DNA of 64,000 nt from the NCBI RefSeq assembly GCF_006345805.1, contig NC_043004.1:67084001-67148000 (forward strand). Reading direction: 5' to 3'. Positions 25,386-39,020 of this stretch are shown here, in pieces. Positions within the stretch are counted from its first letter, which is position 1. The number at the start of each line of letters is the position of its first letter. The notes under the pieces were generated by a model. The model saw nothing but the letters and a program-made list of their open reading frames with translations, was not told the origin of the DNA and made no database searches. Made by a program: the position numbers and the translations under genes. Source of the DNA: Octopus sinensis (lineage: Eukaryota).

Positions 25386-25940
25386 ATGATACCTTTTAGT
25401 GAGCACATTGAGAAATGCGCAAAGCAACTACTGCCACAATTTTTAATCTTCCCATTTTACCAATGTGCTTTCGGATCATCAACACAAATGAGACTGAACA
25501 AGGAAACATTCTTCATTGAAAAGTACAAACCCAGACTCAACCATCCGAACATACTGACAGAGAAATTAACAAGGAAAAGGGGAAAAAAAAATTTTTTAAG
25601 CGATTATCTCTCCTACACCGGAAAAAATCACTCACTACCTCCCCTTATTTAGAAATCTCCTGGAAATAAAAACAACGATAATTCCATGCAATATAAACAT
25701 AACGTCACAAGAAATTTGAAAAGCTACACGCGAAACCGGTAATTTCTTTAAAAAATTTTTTAATTATGTCATTTTAAGGAAAGGAAAAAAAAAAAAAAAA
25801 AAAAAATTTTTCCAATATTCTCCAGACATTTTGACACAAATATATATATTTTTTAACATTTAAGCCTTCTGTCGTTTTTTCACACTTTACTATTTTCTTA
25901 TATATTCACCCACGTGCTTTACCAAACAAACTTTCTTATC

Positions 25941-25950
<10 letters not shown>
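25386..25950 (+). mobile_element. Second PLE 3' fragment (different family): GIY-YIG C-terminus plus hammerhead
   Basis: PFSEHIEKCAKQLLPQFLIFPFYQC...RLNKETFFIEKYKPRLN. HHR at 25709-25748. Ends in (TA)n. Confidence 0.7.
25709..25748 (+). ncRNA. Minimal type I hammerhead, U3-A8 core variant
   Basis: AAGAAAT TTGAAAA GC TACAC GC GAAA CCGG TA ATTTCTT, with a 7-bp stem I and palindromic CCGG stem III. Confidence 0.6.
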
Positions 25951-25987
<37 letters not shown>

Positions 25988-26354
25988 CATTTATATATAT
26001 TCGAAGCAATTACAATCCTACGTCAAACAGTAGGATATCTTCATCAGCCACATACCTTCAAGACAGATACTGTTAGCTTTGCGTAAAGTAGGACAAGATA
26101 AGTAATTACATTGTTAGGTGTCATTAATCGCAAATTCCGTTGTAAAGTAAATACAGTTTGGAAAATTGATGACGCACTTGACGGAACTGGATGGTGATGA
26201 TCACCTTCTTTGATTGGTGTATAATGTAGCGTCAGCTCCCTTAGACAAGAAGTTCGTATTATCAAGTATTTTATATGTCTATCTATTTGTCTATTTGTGT
26301 CTCTCTGTCTACCTGTACATGCATGCAACACTATACGCACACAATCATTCTTTG

Positions 26355-26404
<50 letters not shown>

Positions 26405-26672
26405 CTCCCCTCTCTGGCTTTGGGGTAAGAAAAAAAGGGTTAAGCTGGAAGCAACCCGGAGATGAGGAGCAGTAATTTGGCCACTTCTACTGACCCACCA
26501 ACGGCTGAATGTTATGATTCAGGGTCAAAACACTTGATGAACTTGAGTCCTGTCTGATGACAGTTCATCCTGGCCAAATCTCGTTTCACTTTGGTGAGTG
26601 GAAAAAGTATTTATATATATATATATATAATATATATATGTAAATATATATCAGAGAATGAATATATATATA

Positions 26673-26737
<65 letters not shown>

Positions 26738-27554
26738 ATGTGCATATATATTTATACACATTATTATGTATATGTGTGAATATATGTGTGCGTGCGTGTG
26801 TGTATGCTGCATGAATACATATACAGACATATACACATACATGCACACATATATACGATCGAGAGAAAACTTTATTATTGACCATCTTTGAACCCAGAGA
26901 ATTGAGCATCGAAATAAATACCCTAAGTCATAATGTCGAAATTACTAACTGCTCCATCAATGCAGTGTCATTATGTAAGCCGTACCTTCATTTTTTTTAT
27001 CTTAGCCATTAGACATTTATAAACATAATCATTTTGTAAAATTTACACCAACTGCGAATACAGAGATTTACATTTCATATTACTGTGTGGCTAACTTGGC
27101 GTGTGAAACCTAATACGAAATTAAATCTCTTAAATATGATCTAACACGCCCGGAGTTATCAGCCACACCTGCCGAATTAATACTGCTTGACTAATAAAAT
27201 AAGTTTTCTTTAACGCTTACTTAGTTCTGGTTAGCGTGTTATGGTGCCTGAATTAAAAATGTTAACAGTAGTTAAACAAGCAATATGTATTTTTATGTAG
27301 AAAGAAAATGATGCTAAAATTATGGTTTCACAGTGTGATGTATTGAGATGTGTTTTAAGAACATTAATTCACCAAAATACATCGGATATTTTTATAACAT
27401 CATGTGAACTTATAAGCCGTTGAGTTCGTTGGTGAATAGATGTGAGCCGTTGTGATAAAAGTTTAAAAGAAATAATGAGCTATACAACATATTATTTCTA
27501 AATATTGTAAAATGCATTGCAACCATGGACACATACATATAATCATGTGCACAT

Positions 27555-27615
<61 letters not shown>

Positions 27616-27675
27616 ATGTATATATATATATATATATATAATATATATATGTGTGTGTGTGTATGTATATATAAT

Positions 27676-27957
27676 ACTTGCATGTGCATTCACAAGCAAA
27701 GTAGGGTATGTTAAATATCTTTATTTATTAAATAAGGCTTCGAAAATACAAGGGATGTGAAAAAAACCTATGCAGAAGCATCTTTGATGTACATTAGCAT
27801 TTATTATGTATTTTGTTTCTATTTTATATATTTTGCTTTCATTGAAGGGGAGCACAAATACTATAACATATAACTTTCATGTTTACTATTTTGATTCCTA
27901 ATATATATGTCGAAACATTATGAATATATCTGTGTGTAGATATATATATATATATAC

Positions 27958-28037
<80 letters not shown>

Positions 28038-28343
28038 TATATATATATATTATATATGTGTGTGTGTATGTATATATAATACTTGCATGTGCATTCACAA
28101 GCAAAGTAGGGTATGTTAAATATCTTTATTTATTAAATAAGGCTTCGAAAATACAAGGGATGTGAAAAAAACCTATGCAGAAGCATCTTTGATGTACATT
28201 AGCATTTATTATGTATTTTGTTTCTATTTTATATATTTTGCTTTCATTGAAGGGGAGCACAATACTATAACATATAACTTTCATGTTTACTATTTTGATT
28301 CCTAATATATATGTCGAAACATTATGAATATATCTGTGTGTAG
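27676..28343. repeat. Near-identical tandem duplication (~405-bp period)
   Basis: 27676-27939 and 28081-28343 differ by one 1-bp indel, with junctions inside microsatellites. Confidence 0.9.
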
Positions 28344-28344
28344 A

Positions 28345-28455
<111 letters not shown>

Positions 28456-30177
28456 TATATATAGAGAGAGAGAGAGAGAGATTACAGGTAATAACTTTTA
28501 TAGAGATGTCTTTCGTATTTTATTTGATATATGCTCGCCTTTGTTTTTATTTATTTTATTTTATGCTTTGCCATAATACAAATGGATGCTGATGCGCAGA
28601 AATATTAGGATCTAAGGGCATATTATTAACATGAATCATCTATAGCGATATACAGTGTTATTTATGTACAGGTCATATGCGCACTGTGTATGGCTGTATG
28701 TTTGCATGCTTGTGGTTGTTTCAATGTGCATATATGTCTTTATACGCATGTGCGTACGTACATGGCACGTGGTATAAATACGTATGCATAACTATATATA
28801 TATGTGTGTGTGTGTATGTGCGTGTTTTAATGTTTATTTGCGTTTAGATATATGTATATATATATGTGTTGCTGTCTGTCTCCACGTGTGTACAATCCGC
28901 ACATTCTAACTTATACCGTACGTGTGTGTGTTTGTGTGTGTGTGTGTTTGTGTGTTTGGTATGTGGTATATACATATATATATACACTGGCGAAAATAAA
29001 TTTAAGACCGATGATAAAAGCTCTATTTCTTACAAAATATTTTGTTACTAACACCATAAATCTTAAGCTTTAAAAAAAATCATAATGATATGGTCTTAAA
29101 CTAATTTTGCCGGCAAATTTGAAACGTTTATGCATTAGAATTCTTCAAGTTGTTGAAAAATAGTTATTGTTTGCATCATTCGAAAGAGAAATATATTCTG
29201 CATAAGGTGTAAAAGATAAAAATAATTTGTACGGTGTTTGTAGCAAAATATTTTGTAAGAAATATAACTTTTATCATCGGTCTTAAATTTATTTTTGCTA
29301 GTGTATATACATATATATACACATTTGTGTGTGTCTGTGTGTATGTAAGTATGTGAGTGTGAGTGTGTATGTAAATATAGGGGACAGAAATACATAGTAT
29401 ATAGTATATATATATATTATATATATTATATATATATATATATATAATATATATATATATACTATATATATATATATATATATATATTAACATGTGAGTG
29501 GGTATAATTAATTTGTGCACACATGCCATTATAAATGTATACGTCTATATGTGTGTATGCGAGAGAAAGAGAGAGAGGGAGAGAGATGAGAGGAGAGGGA
29601 AGGATTTTGTATGTGTATGTCTGACTCTACATGCACGTGTTCGTATCTGTGTATTTGAAGTTAATATTGTATATTTTGCAAAGGCAATGAAATGTATAAT
29701 TATGTCCACACGTCTAGAACTGATGCCTAATTATTTCTAAAATTACTGATTAAGGGCAAACATTAAAATAACCTATGTAATTGTTGTTAGCTCTCAGACT
29801 AATTAAACTAGACATTAAGTAAGATTGTGAAGGTAAGTAGAATTAAATGTAATTTCTGTGATGTTTTGTCCACGTAGTGCAGGGTTTTCGTTTTAAATTT
29901 AAATGCGAAGAGTCATGAGGGAAAAACATGACCACATTTGTTACTTATATAATGAATACATGAATCTAATCGATTATTTCAAGTAAATTAAATCTAGACA
30001 ATACTACCTCTCCAAATGTTTTCGTTCTCTATCCATTTCAACATCATTCCTGCATTTAATTATTCTCTTTCTCTTATCTCTATTACACACACATCTATGC
30101 ATGAATATATATAGGTATGCATGTATGTATATGTATATATGATGTGTATATTATTGTAATTATTATTATTATTATTA

Positions 30178-30229
<52 letters not shown>

Positions 30230-30785
30230 GAGTGAGAGAGCAGTGCATACCTTCAAAGTGACACTGGGGTAAAACATACGAAGCCCAGTACACCCATCAT
30301 GACTACCCGTTTGATAAGGGTACGCCAAGCACAAGAATCACAATCATATGTGCGTGACACAGTGATCTCATATCGAGTTAAACAGTGCAGGACCTTGCAG
30401 GTGGAGCCCAGGTTGAATTTTCTTCAGGTCGTGTGACCCACCCGTCTCAAAACGTCCCTGAATAAGGGTTACCTAAGGATGTTGAACAAAACAGCCATGT
30501 TTCCAGAGGTGAATTATTCAAACGCCAAATAATTCCTCTCAATACATGGCTATGATACACCCCCACTCCAATTCTGCTGGTGATCAGAGATGCACATATC
30601 GCCAGCCACCAATTGACATGCTCAAGTAGTTAAGGTCAAATAACTGACAAGCAAATCTGTTGTAGTGAGCAGAATATTTGCTGTAGTCCATTTATTATAG
30701 CAAGACAAAACAATGTGCGTGATAATACATCCGATGAGTTAAGATCAGAAGCCATGAGATCCATTGTTTGGTACTGCGTCAAGGC
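30230..30785 (-). mobile_element. Element E, full-length copy with (AAT)n tail
   Basis: Colinear with 52395-52948 over the whole length. Confidence 0.8.
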
Positions 30786-30880
30786 ATTATGTGAAGGATA
30801 CGAGATTTTACAGTAAAGCTCGGGGAGGGGAAGTTGTATGGGTAGCTGCGAAATATCTCCATCTAATAGAAGACAGGCAT

Positions 30881-31545
30881 TTAAATTGATAGGGTTTTTC
30901 TAATGATCTGGTGAGTATAATTCAGCACAACCTTTTGGATTTCTCTAAGACATGGGTATACTGAGATCATATCTAGATGCTTCTGACATCCCTCTTTCAT
31001 CACACCTAGGATATCTACTTTAGCAGGGAAGTATCTTTTTGTATTTCAGTTTCCAGGTCCTTTATTTTTTTTTTTTTTTGTACTTGTTCCAGTCATTTGA
31101 CTGCGGCCATGCTGGAGCACCGCCTTTTAGAGTGGTGAAAGAGTACAGCAGGGATCACCACCATCCCCTGCCGGAGCCTCGTGGGGCTTTTTAGGTGTTT
31201 TCGCTCAATAAACACACACAACGCCCGGTCTGAGAATCGAAACCGCGATCCTCAGACCGCAAGTCCGCTGCCCTAACCACTGGGCCATTGCGCCTCCTTA
31301 TATTTACTAATTTTGTCAAATTCCTTTACAAATGTATTTTTATCTGTGGTAACACTTACAGCTATTACTCTACAAATATTTTCTTCCCTATCTTTAATAA
31401 TTATTTCTGGTTGATCATACTGGATCATTCTGTCGGTGTTGATTGGAAAATCCCAGAGGATGCAGATATTTTTACCTTCACCGTCTGATTCGGGATGATG
31501 TTCAAACCACTTAGGAATGCCGATTTTGTAGGTTTTAAGCAAATA
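30881..31545 (-). mobile_element. R4/Dong-type LINE 3' end (restriction-like endonuclease domain), interrupted by SINEs at ~31060-31297
   Basis: WFEHHPE...ILWDFPINTDRMIQYDQPEIIIKD...FDKISKYK, then ILGVMKEGCQKHLD...CLREIQKVVL...IIRKTLSI* (RLE domain and C-terminus). Confidence 0.8.
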
Positions 31546-31635
31546 TTTTCCAATGTAAACATTGTCCTACCTTATTGTTAGACTAAAATTCTTCAAAACA
31601 GTATCCCGTCTTAGTAATAGCTAAGGTTAGGATGT

Positions 31636-32045
31636 GGAGGCGCGTGACTTAGTTGTTAGGGTGTCAGCATCATGTTTCGTAAGGTTGTGGTTTCGAATCC
31701 TGGACCGGGAGATGCGTTGTGCTCTTGAGCAAAACACTTCACTTCACGTTGCTCCAATCTACTCAGCTGGCAAAAATGAGTAATCCTGCGACGGACCGGC
31801 GTCCCGTCCAGGTGGGGAATTTCTACGCCACCGAAACCGGAAAACCAGCCCTTATGAGCCTGGCATGGCTCGAGAAGTAACATTTATTGTGGTGACGCGT
31901 GGCGTAGTGGTTAAGGTGTCATTTCCCGTTGCTCCAGTCCACTCAACTGGCAAAAATGAGTAACGCTACGATGGACTGGCGTCCCGGAACACATACGCCA
32001 TTGAAACCGGTTCCATGAGAATGGCGAGGCTTTAAAACGGCGCAT
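31636..32045 (+). mobile_element. Two adjacent tRNA-derived SINE family B copies (second internally deleted)
   Basis: GGAGGCGCGTGACTTAGTTGTTAGGGTGTC head, B box GTTTCGAATCC, core CCAGTCCACTCAACTGGCAAAAATGAGTAA. Confidence 0.8.
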
Positions 32046-32150
32046 TTATTTTTTATTTTGAATTTATGATCGTTGTCCTTTGTGTTAAAGTTTAATTCTT
32101 TTAATAAAGATCGGCCATTAGTATTATACAATATTTGGCTATCTTTTATC

Positions 32151-32599
32151 TTTTACTTGTTTAAATCATTTGGCTGCGGCCATGCTGGAGCACCGCCTTG
32201 AAGAATTTATAGTCGAATGTATCGACTACAGTACATTGTTTAAGCCTCGTACTTATTCTATCGATTTCTTTTGCAGAAGCGCTAACTTACGGATATATAA
32301 ACACACCAACAACGGTTGTCAAACGAGGAGGGGAGAGCAAATAGTGGCACAAATACATAGATATATACATACATACATACATACATACATACATACATAC
32401 ATACATACATACATACATACATACATACATTCATATATATATATATATATTTCAGTTTCCATCCAACAAATCCACTCACAAGGCTTTGGTCGGACCAAGG
32501 TTATAGTAGAAGACAATTATCCACCCATGGTGAAACGCAGAGGGACTGAACGAGAAACCATGTGGTTGAGAACGAAGTTTCTTACAATACAGCAACTCC
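32151..32599 (-). mobile_element. SINE family C with internal (TACA)n
   Basis: Shared head and tail segments. Confidence 0.75.
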
Positions 32600-34158
32600 A
32601 AGATTTAAAAAAGCAAAGCATTACTTTTAACCAGTCGAGTTACATATTTTCAAATTTCAAAGCGCTGAGAGAGAAATATCAAAAGCTATTTTTTCTGGTG
32701 TTGCAAAATTTATCAGCCTTTGGTGCGATAAACAACTTCGGAGATGAAGTTGAAGAAGCAAATTAATGAATGAATTAAATTAACATTTTGATGCAAAGTG
32801 ATTGCGCTTGCTAAGTGTAGGGTCGAAGAAATTTACTGAGTTTAACGGTCGCTGCACAATAGTTGTTACAGACGGTATACAGTAAATGCATTTTCTATTT
32901 AGTATTTCGACGTTTATGACGACACGATCTCATTTGAGGGGGATAAAGTTACTATTTTCAAAAAGAAGACCAACCACATTGAAGCTTCTCCGTCCAATCG
33001 ACTCTATCAATTAGAGATTTTATAAGCATTGTGTGTACGAAAATTTAAATCATTAATTCATTCTTGAAATCTATGTATATTATTGATTTAGTTTTAGATT
33101 TCAGCCATTGTGTCATTTTAATGCAATTGTATTGATGGTGGAACAAAAGTAATTTGAGAAATATAACGTGCAATCATAAACTCAATTGTTATAAACATCA
33201 TCGATACGCCAACACCAACACCACCGTCGTCGCCATTATCATCATCATCATCATCATCATAATCAACAACATCGTCATCGTTATTAGCATCATCGCAAGT
33301 AACAGTATATCCTCCATGCTCAGCATCATTATCACCAAGCACAGAAATGCTATCGCCTTCATCATAAACATTACAATTCTCTTCTCCGTTTGTATTATGC
33401 TTATTTCTTGTTTGAGTTTGTTAGTATAATTCTCATTAATATTTCTATTATTGCTAATAGCATAATCAGCATTAATCGAATAATTATTGTAATATATTCT
33501 TTAAACAATTTTGTAGCTTTTCATTCCTGCTTCTGCTGGTGTGAACGACGTAATTTTCCTTTTCCTTTTTTTCTTATTTTCTTCATTTTTATTTTTGCAT
33601 TTATATTTAAAACAAACCTTATTACAGCTTGAAGTGTAAATAATTCTCGCATCAAAGGCAGTAAAACACAAAGGAATGAAACCAGGCATACACTAATTGA
33701 ATGTTCTACCATTAATAATTATGTTATGAATGAAAACAGTATGATGCCTCCCATGGGCTTATTACTAAATACGCTACGAATTTGGCAGTTTCAGGGCGAA
33801 ATATTTTCTATGCTGCGAGTAAGTTGAATTCACAGTTTACATATATAATATTTGGTGTTATTATTCGTGTTTGAATTACTTGATAATTCACAGTAAAGCT
33901 AATAATTCATATATAGGTTACTTATTTCACCGAGTTACAATAACATAGATTGAAAATCTTCAATTAGCATCCGATAATTAGATTCAAACAACCTCTAACT
34001 AATCACTCTTCTACTAGTGGTTAACATCATAGCCATATATCTCTATACCTATTCAAAACTGTCTATTATTATTATTATTATTATTATTATCATCAGCAGT
34101 AGCAGCAGTAGCAGTAGCAGCAGTAGTAGTGGTAGTAGCAGTGGTGGTGGTGGTAGTG

Positions 34159-34201
<43 letters not shown>

Positions 34202-34808
34202 CAGTAGTGTCATTATTTTTATTAAGATTGCGAGCTGGCAAAATAATTAGAAAGCCGGGAAAATAATTTGTCCCATTTCGCCCGTCTTCGCCTTCTGAGT
34301 CTAAACTCCACCGAGGTCGTCATTGCCTTTTATTATTTCTTGGCCCATGCAATGACAACGAGTCACGTACTGAGGTCGATATCATAAACTAGATGGGGTC
34401 ATAAGGGAAATCGCAGGCCTTGTGCATATAGTAGAAAGGGTTATTATTATTATTTTTATTGTTTATGGTGTTGTTTGTGCTGCTACTGATCATGCATTTC
34501 TGTTACTCTTTCAATTGTTGGTAATATCGTTGCCAATGCTATTAACGCTATATATGTGTTGGTGTAAATATATGTGTATGTCCGTGTGCACGTGCTAACG
34601 CGTCTGTGTGAATGTATGTGTGTATATATGTGTGTAAGCAAATGAATACAATCAAACCAGATGAACAGGAATGAACATTAAAGATAATGCGTAGTCTTAG
34701 CTTAATTTTTCATTGATGAAGAATACTCCCCTCTGACGCTTCGGACGTTAGTACTTCATCTGAGATTAAAAGATACAATGATGAAGTGTCGTGAGACAAA
34801 CAGGAAAA

Positions 34809-34908
34809 NNNNNNNNNNNNNNNNNNNNNNNNNNNNNNNNNNNNNNNNNNNNNNNNNNNNNNNNNNNNNNNNNNNNNNNNNNNNNNNNNNNNNNNNNNNN
34901 NNNNNNNN
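34809..34908. other. Assembly gap (100 N)
   Basis: Run of N. Confidence 1.
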
Positions 34909-35051
34909 TGTGTATCTATATATGTGTGTGTGTTGTGTGTATCTAATATATATATATATCTATTATATATATATATACATATACCTATCTATATCTATAT
35001 ATATAATATAGACATATATATATATATCATATATATATATATATATATACA

Positions 35052-35105
<54 letters not shown>

Positions 35106-35116
35106 TACGTTTGCGT

Positions 35117-35363
35117 GGAGGAGCGTGGTTAGTGGTTAGGGTGTCAGCATCATGATCGTAAGATTGTGGTTTCGATTCCTGGACCGGGCCGACGCGTTGT
35201 GTTCTTGAGTGAAACACTTCATTTCACGTTGCTTTAGTTCATTCAACTGGCTAAAATGAGTAACGCTGCGATGGACTGGCATCCCGTCCAGCTGGGGAAC
35301 ACATGCGCCATAGAAACCGGGAAAACGGGCCCATGAACGTGGCTAGGCTATAAAAGGGCGCAT
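35117..35363 (+). mobile_element. SINE family B
   Basis: Matches 31636-31880. Confidence 0.8.
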
Positions 35364-36099
35364 TTATTATTATTATTTTATGTACGTGTGTGTGTGGAGG
35401 GGGAGGTGATAGATAATCAGATTTACAGATAGATAGAGGTAGTTATGGATCACGATATGTGTGTGTCTGTATATTTGAAGAGCAATGGGTGAAGAACCCC
35501 TTCGATCCGGGATGATAATAGTTGATGTATTTCCTGTACTGTAAATTTTCACCGTGACGACCTTGTTCACCTTCACAGCTTCGCAAGAAATGACGTAACT
35601 GTAAGGGACCGGATCAAAACAACGATAAGAAAAACAACATCAATAATCAACAACATCCACCGTCAGTAATTTACTTCAGTCAAGAAAAATCTATGAAGAT
35701 TCATAATAAGTCAAGACTTTTAATTTCCAGTGTAACGAAAACGCAAATTAGGTGTAGTAATTTCAAATGTTCATTTCTTTTCTTATATTCTTACTTCACT
35801 GCGTTGTTTTTAGCATTTTGGAAGAAAGTGAGAGAAATTAAGCTGTGATATTTGTAACTGTGTCATGAATTTTGCGAATTCAAAGGAACACGCAGTTGAA
35901 TTTGAATTTTATGTATGTGAATTGTGTGAAAATGGCGATGAAGCATCTTCTCGCTTAAATCATGGAGTCGCTTTTTTTACAGGGTGTACTTGATTTGATC
36001 GTAATTAAAATATAATGAGGTGGAGCAGATGAAAACCCAGCAGAAATTCTAAAGACAATAAAATTGAAGAAACGAGAAAGAAGACGAGGTAGAAGATCG

Positions 36100-36156
36100 A
36101 TGAAAGCGAGGAGGAGGAGGAGGAGGAGGGGAACACTTATTATTATTATTATTATG

Positions 36157-36223
<67 letters not shown>

Positions 36224-36311
36224 ATGGTCGTGGTGTTGGTGGTGGGTGTGATGTCGGTGTTCTTTTTGGTGGTGGTTATGATGGTGATGGTAGTAGTAGT
36301 AGTAGTAGTAA

Positions 36312-36353
<42 letters not shown>

Positions 36354-36493
36354 CAGCAGCAGCAGCCGCAGCAGTAGTAGTAGATGATGCAATAGCCGAA
36401 ATGGTTATAAGAAGAGAAAGAAGATAATGAAGAACAAGAGAAAAACAAGAATATAATGATGATGATGATGATGAAGACAACGATGAGGACGGC

Positions 36494-36531
<38 letters not shown>

Positions 36532-36544
36532 CGATGATGATGAC

Positions 36545-36582
<38 letters not shown>

Positions 36583-36780
36583 CGATGATGATGATGATGA
36601 TGACGTGATGATGATGATGATGATGATGATGAGGATGATGATGATGATGATGATGATGGTGGTGATGATGATTATGATGATGATGATGATGATGATGATG
36701 ACGACGATGATGTTGAAGAAGAACGACAAAAACAAAAACAGCGACTACAACAACGGGAACACGAACAAGAATAACAAGGA
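36100..36780. repeat. Compound trinucleotide microsatellite (GAG, ATT, AGT, GGT, AGC, GAT, AAC)
   Basis: Directly visible. Confidence 0.95.
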
Positions 36781-37422
36781 CGAGAAGATGGTTGTTTCAC
36801 AAAATACCAGACCATGTCAGCGCCACTGGTTTCAATTACTCAGATAAATTACGCTGACGTCTTGAAACAAAAACCGGACACACTAATATGCATAAATAAT
36901 GGAGGATAAGCTGGGGAAAATGTCTATAGGGGAAACATAATTGCTTTTTTTTCTAATATAAGCAATGAGTTAATTAAACTATTACAGCGACCTCTATCTA
37001 TTCATTAACCTAGGCTGACCAAACGCTACACAATTTACATTTTTATTGCTTTTAGTTCTTGTTATGTTTGGCTTTGACATTATATTTAAATATTGTAATG
37101 AAACGAAGAACCGTAATGTAATATTCTCCGGCAAAACCCAAAGTTTAATAATTTGCATGATCTTTAATTGTCTCCCCTGAGTGCATTGTTTGATCATACA
37201 TTAATAAATTAGTATGCATAACTATATATCCGTTGGTTGAAATATGTATGTATTCACATATACATACACATATATAATATATATATAATATATATAGATA
37301 TATATATATAATATATATAACACGCAAACACAATACAACAGATAAGTAAATATATATAAATATGCATATGTATATGTATGTACATACATACATATACTAT
37401 ATATATATATATATATATAATA

Positions 37423-37505
<83 letters not shown>

Positions 37506-38042
37506 TATATATATCCGGAACGTGCTGTGTGTGGTATTGCTGAACAAACCATTTTCTTTCAGGACTGCTCCAGTATGGTGACCTGTAGAAATGTGTTTGT
37601 GACGTCAATGGTGCCCAAATTGTATCGCCCTTTCCCTTTCCCTTGGATATCATAGGTGGTATGCACAGGGTAGGCTGGTATGTTGATATGCATGGGTGAT
37701 TGCTGGTTTTCAATAAACAACCTTGCCCGGACTTGTGTCTCCGAGAGACTTTTTCTAGGAGCAATCCCATACTCATCTCTGATCGGAAGGGTTCTTCACC
37801 CTTTACCCTTTGTACACACAGACACACACATATCGTTAACTAAAACTATATCTATCTGTAAATCTAATTATCTATCAACACAAACACGTACATATATATA
37901 TATATATATATATATATCATATTAAATTAGAGATAAGTTTGGATTTATTCCCTAATATTTTATTATATATATATATAATAGTATACAACACACAACATAT
38001 AACTAATACATACATACATACATACATACATACATACATACA

Positions 38043-38078
<36 letters not shown>

Positions 38079-38427
38079 TAATTGAAGGTTTGCGCCGAGT
38101 TAAATTTTTCGCCTCTCTGAATTCAACCGTTGCTGACATTCAATTATGCTTGCGTTATCCAGTGAGATTGATTTCAGAAACTCTAAGAGTTTTGACCGTA
38201 TTTCACTGTGATATTTGTTATATGAATTTTGTTTCTGAGGATAACCTCTTCAGTAACACATGATGCCAACATAATTCAGCTCAGAATGGTGTCTTTTACT
38301 TTTGAGAAACAATCTTGGAAAGACGAAATAAACTGAAAGTTTTGGAAAAAGAATTGCCGAACTGCAAATTATATATATAATTAGACATAAAAACACACAC
38401 ACAAATACACACAGAGAGGCACACACA

Positions 38428-39020
38428 TCTATATATATAAAACTCAACTTGTGTGTATGTGTGTGTATCTGTGTGTGTGTGTGTGTGTGTGTTTAACTTC
38501 CCTGCACATCTCCTCCTAGCCAACAAAACGTAGAACCACCAAAATGGGTCACTTAAAGTTTAGGCGAATGAAAATTGAACTGCGCTATTTCTGTTCCGAA
38601 ATTCATCTCACATGTGCAAGAATCGATAAGGCCTTATCCCATGCATTGAATAGTGAACTTTACTCAGTCAGTTGTTTGACGTGACCTGAGTTCACCACGC
38701 GTGCAAGCATATGTAAATTGCATGAAAAATAAAAAAAAATCAAGATATAAAAACGAATCGCCGTAAAAATTGTAGAAATTCGGCAAAGAAATGAATTTTC
38801 GGGATGTAGCCTAGAAGGTTTTTTCGTATTAATCGTTTGGACATTGTGAACACATACCAATTGTTTTCATAACATTCTTAACGCTTTGAACTAAATGTGA
38901 CCATTTTGCGTTGAGTCTGCAGTTTGAATCACTGCCGGATTTTTGATCATCACGATACATATCCAGCGACTCCCTGAAACTCTCCCCTGAAATCCTCGTT
39001 GAGCCGGGCAAAACTGCTAG
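38428..39020 (+). mobile_element. Apparently complete ~590-bp non-autonomous Helitron
   Basis: A|TCTATATATATAAAA 5' end, degenerate GC hairpin then CTAG|T 3' end, inserted between A and T. Confidence 0.7.

Noticed and set aside
26056-26239. Apparent signal-peptide exon MTPNNVITYLVLLYAKLTVSVLK with an AAG|GTATGT donor (minus strand)
   Set aside because: The donor overlaps stem I of a hammerhead half-motif (TGTGG CTGATGA), so the segment is more likely a PLE tail.
26545-26590. CTGATGA CAG..CTG GCCAAA hammerhead-like motif
   Set aside because: GAAA is mutated and there is no stem I partner, so it is too decayed to call.
36049-36735. 228-aa ORF with poly-I/S/T/N
   Set aside because: Trinucleotide repeats with no domain content.
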